Positions 60,701 to 64,000 of a stretch of 64,000 nucleotides of DNA are shown piece by piece; the stretch's first letter is position 1; each line of letters opens with the position of its first letter. A program made the position numbers and the translations under genes. Below the pieces are notes generated by a model that saw only the letters and a program-made list of their open reading frames with translations, ran no database searches and had not been told where the DNA came from. Origin of the DNA: Thalia democratica. Taxonomy: Eukaryota. The stretch is from assembly GCA_965202585.1 (NCBI GenBank), contig OZ241832.1, forward strand, positions 37,572,001-37,636,000, read 5' to 3'.

Positions 60701-62767
60701 CTAATAAGCAGTACTGCTTGTCTTTTTGATTGTCGGCAAACTGCAACAAAAATTAAAGTATTTACTCTCAACATAAATGCGGTTTTAAAGATTGTTTCAG
60801 TTTGTATAACCATGTTGTATACCCAAAAATGTACAAAGGCGATTACAACATACATAAAACTTCAAATGACATGAGTTTATTTAAACATATAGTTTTATTG
60901 TTAGTATGTTTTTTAAGTAGTTTAAAAAACCTATATATACAAAGCGTTTTTTTAAAGCAGCACATTTCAGCTTAAGCTATTATGAGTTATTTTTTATAAA
61001 ACGTTACTAGAAAATTCACCTTCTTTCTAACATTAAGTTGGCGTTTAAATTAAGGCTGTAAAAGTGTGTACAAAAACTTACTCCATAATGTCCAAGGACG
61101 CTACTTCTAAGGTTTTGAGATGCAACTATAACAATTTTTCTCAAACCAAATCTGGTTTCAAAAGTAAGTAGTAATATATTATTTTATTCACTTTTTACTA
61201 TTATACACTTTTTAGTAAAAACAAATAAATACAGCACTTGAATGTTTTATCTTAAAACATTAATTTAAAAACCATCAAATTTACAAAACAAAGAATTATT
61301 TAATTTTCAATCTAAAAAGTTTTATCTACACTAACTTACTAAGAATTATCAACAATTAGGTTAAAATATTTACAATTTTATGTAAACCTTTCAAAAAAAA
61401 AAATTGTTATGTATGTAGAAAGTTTAAAAATAATAATTTTGTTAAGAACACTACACAGCTGATTTTTTTTTTTCATTTAAAAAAACTCATTTCATTAATA
61501 ATATAAAAAACATCAAAACTTATGTTAAAGTAAAAAACCTTTCAATAGCTACTTCCATTGACATACTTTTTACATCAGAATTTATATTCTCTCTTTCTTT
61601 AAAATTTTTACACGATCCCTGTAAATAGTTATACAAAGCATTAATTTCTTACGTAAACTTTGTAATTTACAGGTAATAAGTGTATATTAACAAAAAGATA
61701 AATTAATATATTTTATTTTGAGTCTATAGATCTTTTAACTTCGGTTTCTCAAACTTGTTACGAATTTGCCATAAGATCTATTAGGAAATAAAACTTGTTA
61801 TATGTAAAATCTCTAGTTTTAATCTATAAATTAAAATACTTTTGTAAACAAAACTTTTATTCATAAATGACTTAAAACTTTTTTAAATATAGTCTAAAGT
61901 TTTATTACTAAAATAATATTTTCTTAGCTGTAATATAGTAACTATAACAATAGTTACGCTATGTATACTTCTTTGTTGAAGAGATGATAAAATTTTCATT
62001 AGTTGACAATTATATCTATTATATTTCTAAATATTTATAACAAAACAATATTTATAACTGCACGACCACCATCAACATTCTATGCGATGAAAAACGCAGA
62101 ATTTCGCTTGGATTGTTGTTAATGATCATGCAGTTAAGTATAAATAAAACATCTTGAATTTACTGACTATGGTCATAAAAATTACTACTACTGAATATTT
62201 TGAAGTGAAAATATGGAGTTCGAAAAAGAATATCATTAAAAGAAAATTATCAGCATTTACATTTTTTTATTTTGCGATGCTATTCATTTAAAACCATTTT
62301 AGTAATTTTCAAATAGTTAACTTTATGTAATTGTATCCAAATTTTCTGGTTCAAAAAGAATAGTAAAAAATACAATGTTCAGAGTTCAAACTTTTTTATA
62401 AAATAATTCCTTTAAAAAATAAAATACTATAATTTTGTTCATTGTCATGATACAATAGTTACTTGAATTTTTCAACAGCTTCGCTTATCTGTATGAAATA
62501 AAGTTGAATTTTTTAAATCTAATGCAGTATAAAGGGTATAATATTACTGTAAAAATAATATAAAAAAGAAGCTAAAAGTTTGAACGTGCTTAAGTTAAAG
62601 TTTTTTTTATGTACAGATAAAAAATTATAGACTTGTTATAAGAAAATCTTACCTTCACAGGAAAGTTGGAAGGAACGGGATGAACAGGGTAGATTTCATC
62701 CAGCTGATCCAGCTCGTCAGGGGCACAAGCGGTGTGATACGCAGCTTTCTCGTCAAACCCCTGGAAC
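39745..62767 (-). CDS. GTF3C1: General transcription factor IIIC subunit 1 (TFIIIC220), about 30 or more exons, 5' end not identified in the window
   Basis: Phase-checked 3' exons: 39745-39838 (stop), 40887-41044, 41752-41841, 42783-42882, 43252-43305, 43532-43652, 43882-44114, 44831-44958, 45206-45245, 45311-45362, 45570-45697, 46073-46172, 46631-46700, 46992-47133. Further exons continue to 62653-62767. Peptides match recalled GTF3C1: DEIYPVHPV, KIVIVASQNLR, LIHEYIWYLAYGHP, RYLPPIP..GWLTIRDLIAQLPLSI, LDRLCFMGLI, DVRSYWYDLQ, YLPFHRRSY, FICRPWHVL. Confidence 0.92.
50773..51043. mobile_element. hAT-Charlie-type MITE in a GTF3C1 intron
   Basis: Ends CAGGACTTCCTAAACT / AGTTTGGAAAACCCTG (CAGGGGTTCCCAAACT-like). 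Perfect 8-bp TSD CTTTAAAG on both sides. Confidence 0.88.
55151..55380. repeat. AT-rich minisatellite, unit about 29-30 bp, about 7-8 copies, in a GTF3C1 intron
   Basis: Contiguous units of TT(T/C)TA(T/C)AACTT(T/A)TTAAAGGATTTT(A/G)TATT with no spacers. Confidence 0.9.
60133..60550. mobile_element. MITE with about 48-bp imperfect TIRs, flanked by AT
   Basis: Left GGGTGCACGACTATTCAAATTCAGACAATTCAAAATCCGGCAATTCAA; reverse complement of the right end GGTTACATGACAATTCAAATTCGCACAACTCAAATTCCGACGATTCAA. AT dinucleotide on both sides. Confidence 0.72.
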
Positions 62768-63478
62768 CTTTATAACAAAACTCAGATTGTAAACTCAGTT
62801 TTTGTTATACATTGTTTGAAGAAATCAGTTGTTTATTGCTCATGCTTTGCAAACAACATGAAAAATAATACAGTACTGGATGGGGTACATAAACCTTTGG
62901 ATAACAGTTGAAAAAAAGTTTTAGATTATATTAAACTTTATTGACAAGTTTTGACACAGCATTAGTCATTATGAAAATAAAAGTTGAAAAAATAAGTAAA
63001 ATAATGTCAAAATCTTTAAAGTACACATTCATCATACCAAACAAACATTAATGTAATAACAAAATAACTGACTTAAATAAAAAACGAACCATATAAACGA
63101 GTATGTATAAGTAACACATTATTAACAAAACAAAAGTAAAGAACTAATCTAAAACTTTTAGTAGTTGGTTGATTCCGATTTAATTAATTGTTTATTTAAA
63201 ATAAGATTAGAGTACTTATTATAAATTGGTATAGCTTTATTAATACTAGTCTCAAATTTATTACCTTAATTTTTTATTATTTCTAAATTGTCAACTATTT
63301 ATCTTTCATTTGTACATTAAGTACAATTTATAATGTGATCTGACACAGCTGTTGAACTTGTATTTTTAGTTTTTTGACACTTTTTTACTTATTTATTTCT
63401 AATTTTATTTTGATGTTATAGTTTAAAGTCTCAATAAAGTTTAATCAAATGTTAAATTTTATATATCTCTGTTTAAAA

Positions 63479-63540
63479 CAGGGTTTGTGCGCGAAATTTT
63501 TTTCATTTAGCCTGAATGAGACCACTTTAGCCTGACATTT
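63479..63540 (+). mobile_element. Probable left end of another CAGGGTT-type MITE
   Basis: CAGGGTTTGTGCGCG followed by two TTTAGCCTGA repeats, the same layout as the other CAGGGTT elements. No right end found in the window. Confidence 0.35.
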
Positions 63541-64000
63541 TTTTAAAGTAAGGAAAATCCCCTTTAACAGTTATCTTAGGTATTGGGGGGTCTTGATTAA
63601 AACTACTGTAGTCTCTGACTTTAACCAGCTTTATCTCAAAAATATTTTGAGCTTTACAAATCTGAAAAAAGTTAGCTTAGTTACAACTCAATAAAATAAG
63701 ACTAAGTTGTGAAAAGGGTGATTGAAAATTTTAAGAAAAAAATTAAAAGAGTGACTGTTTCAAATACAGTCTACATCAAGTTTTCCAAACTTTTTTTTCA
63801 TAAGGACCATTTAAAAAATAAAAAAAGTTTAAAAGTTTTTAATAAACTTTAATAACTAAACTATTATTATTGTATAAATACTTATACTAAAAATAAGTTG
63901 ATCACTCTCAATATCAAAAAATGTCTGAGCAAATCAGTTAAAATGAAATTATTTTTTTAAATTGAGTTGAATTTTTAGTCTTAGAAGATAAAAAATAAAG

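Noticed and set aside
673-62767. Widespread non-canonical or U12 introns, or a variant genetic code
   Set aside because: All reconstructed junctions are GT-AG except one probable GC-AG; RTATCCTT motifs do not fall at exon ends; genes translate cleanly with the standard code.
1117-64000. Many 60-110 aa AT-rich ORFs in the supplied track (e.g. 1117-1320, 16036-16218, 22094-22534, 42244-42429, 44518-44709)
   Set aside because: Low-complexity F/L/I/K/N composition typical of random AT-rich intron or intergenic DNA, with no motifs.

Overview
AT-rich, intron-rich eukaryotic DNA, most likely from an invertebrate animal (the lineage cannot be fixed from sequence alone). Splice sites are canonical, and many exons are GC- and CpG-rich. 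Four protein-coding genes were reconstructed by hand. (1) FANCD2 (+, 5'-truncated, 673-13119); the residue aligning with the monoubiquitinated lysine (human K561) reads Asn. (2) A 15-exon gene (+, 22920-36599, 886 aa) in which tandem MATH/TRAF-like repeats and a coiled coil run in frame into a 2'-5' oligoadenylate synthetase (OAS)-type nucleotidyltransferase with intact catalytic motifs. This is the strongest candidate for an undescribed system. (3) An intronless LACTB-like serine hydrolase (-, 32024-33550) nested antisense in an intron of the OAS half. (4) GTF3C1, the largest TFIIIC subunit (-, 39745 to at least 62767, 5' end not identified in the window). Introns and intergenic DNA hold a decayed hAT transposon, a MITE family with apparent 6-bp target-site duplications (TSDs), a Charlie-type MITE, two Penelope-like remnants with mutated hammerhead ribozymes (one inside the MATH-OAS gene) and small tandem repeats. 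All homology calls rest on recalled motifs; no database searches were run.
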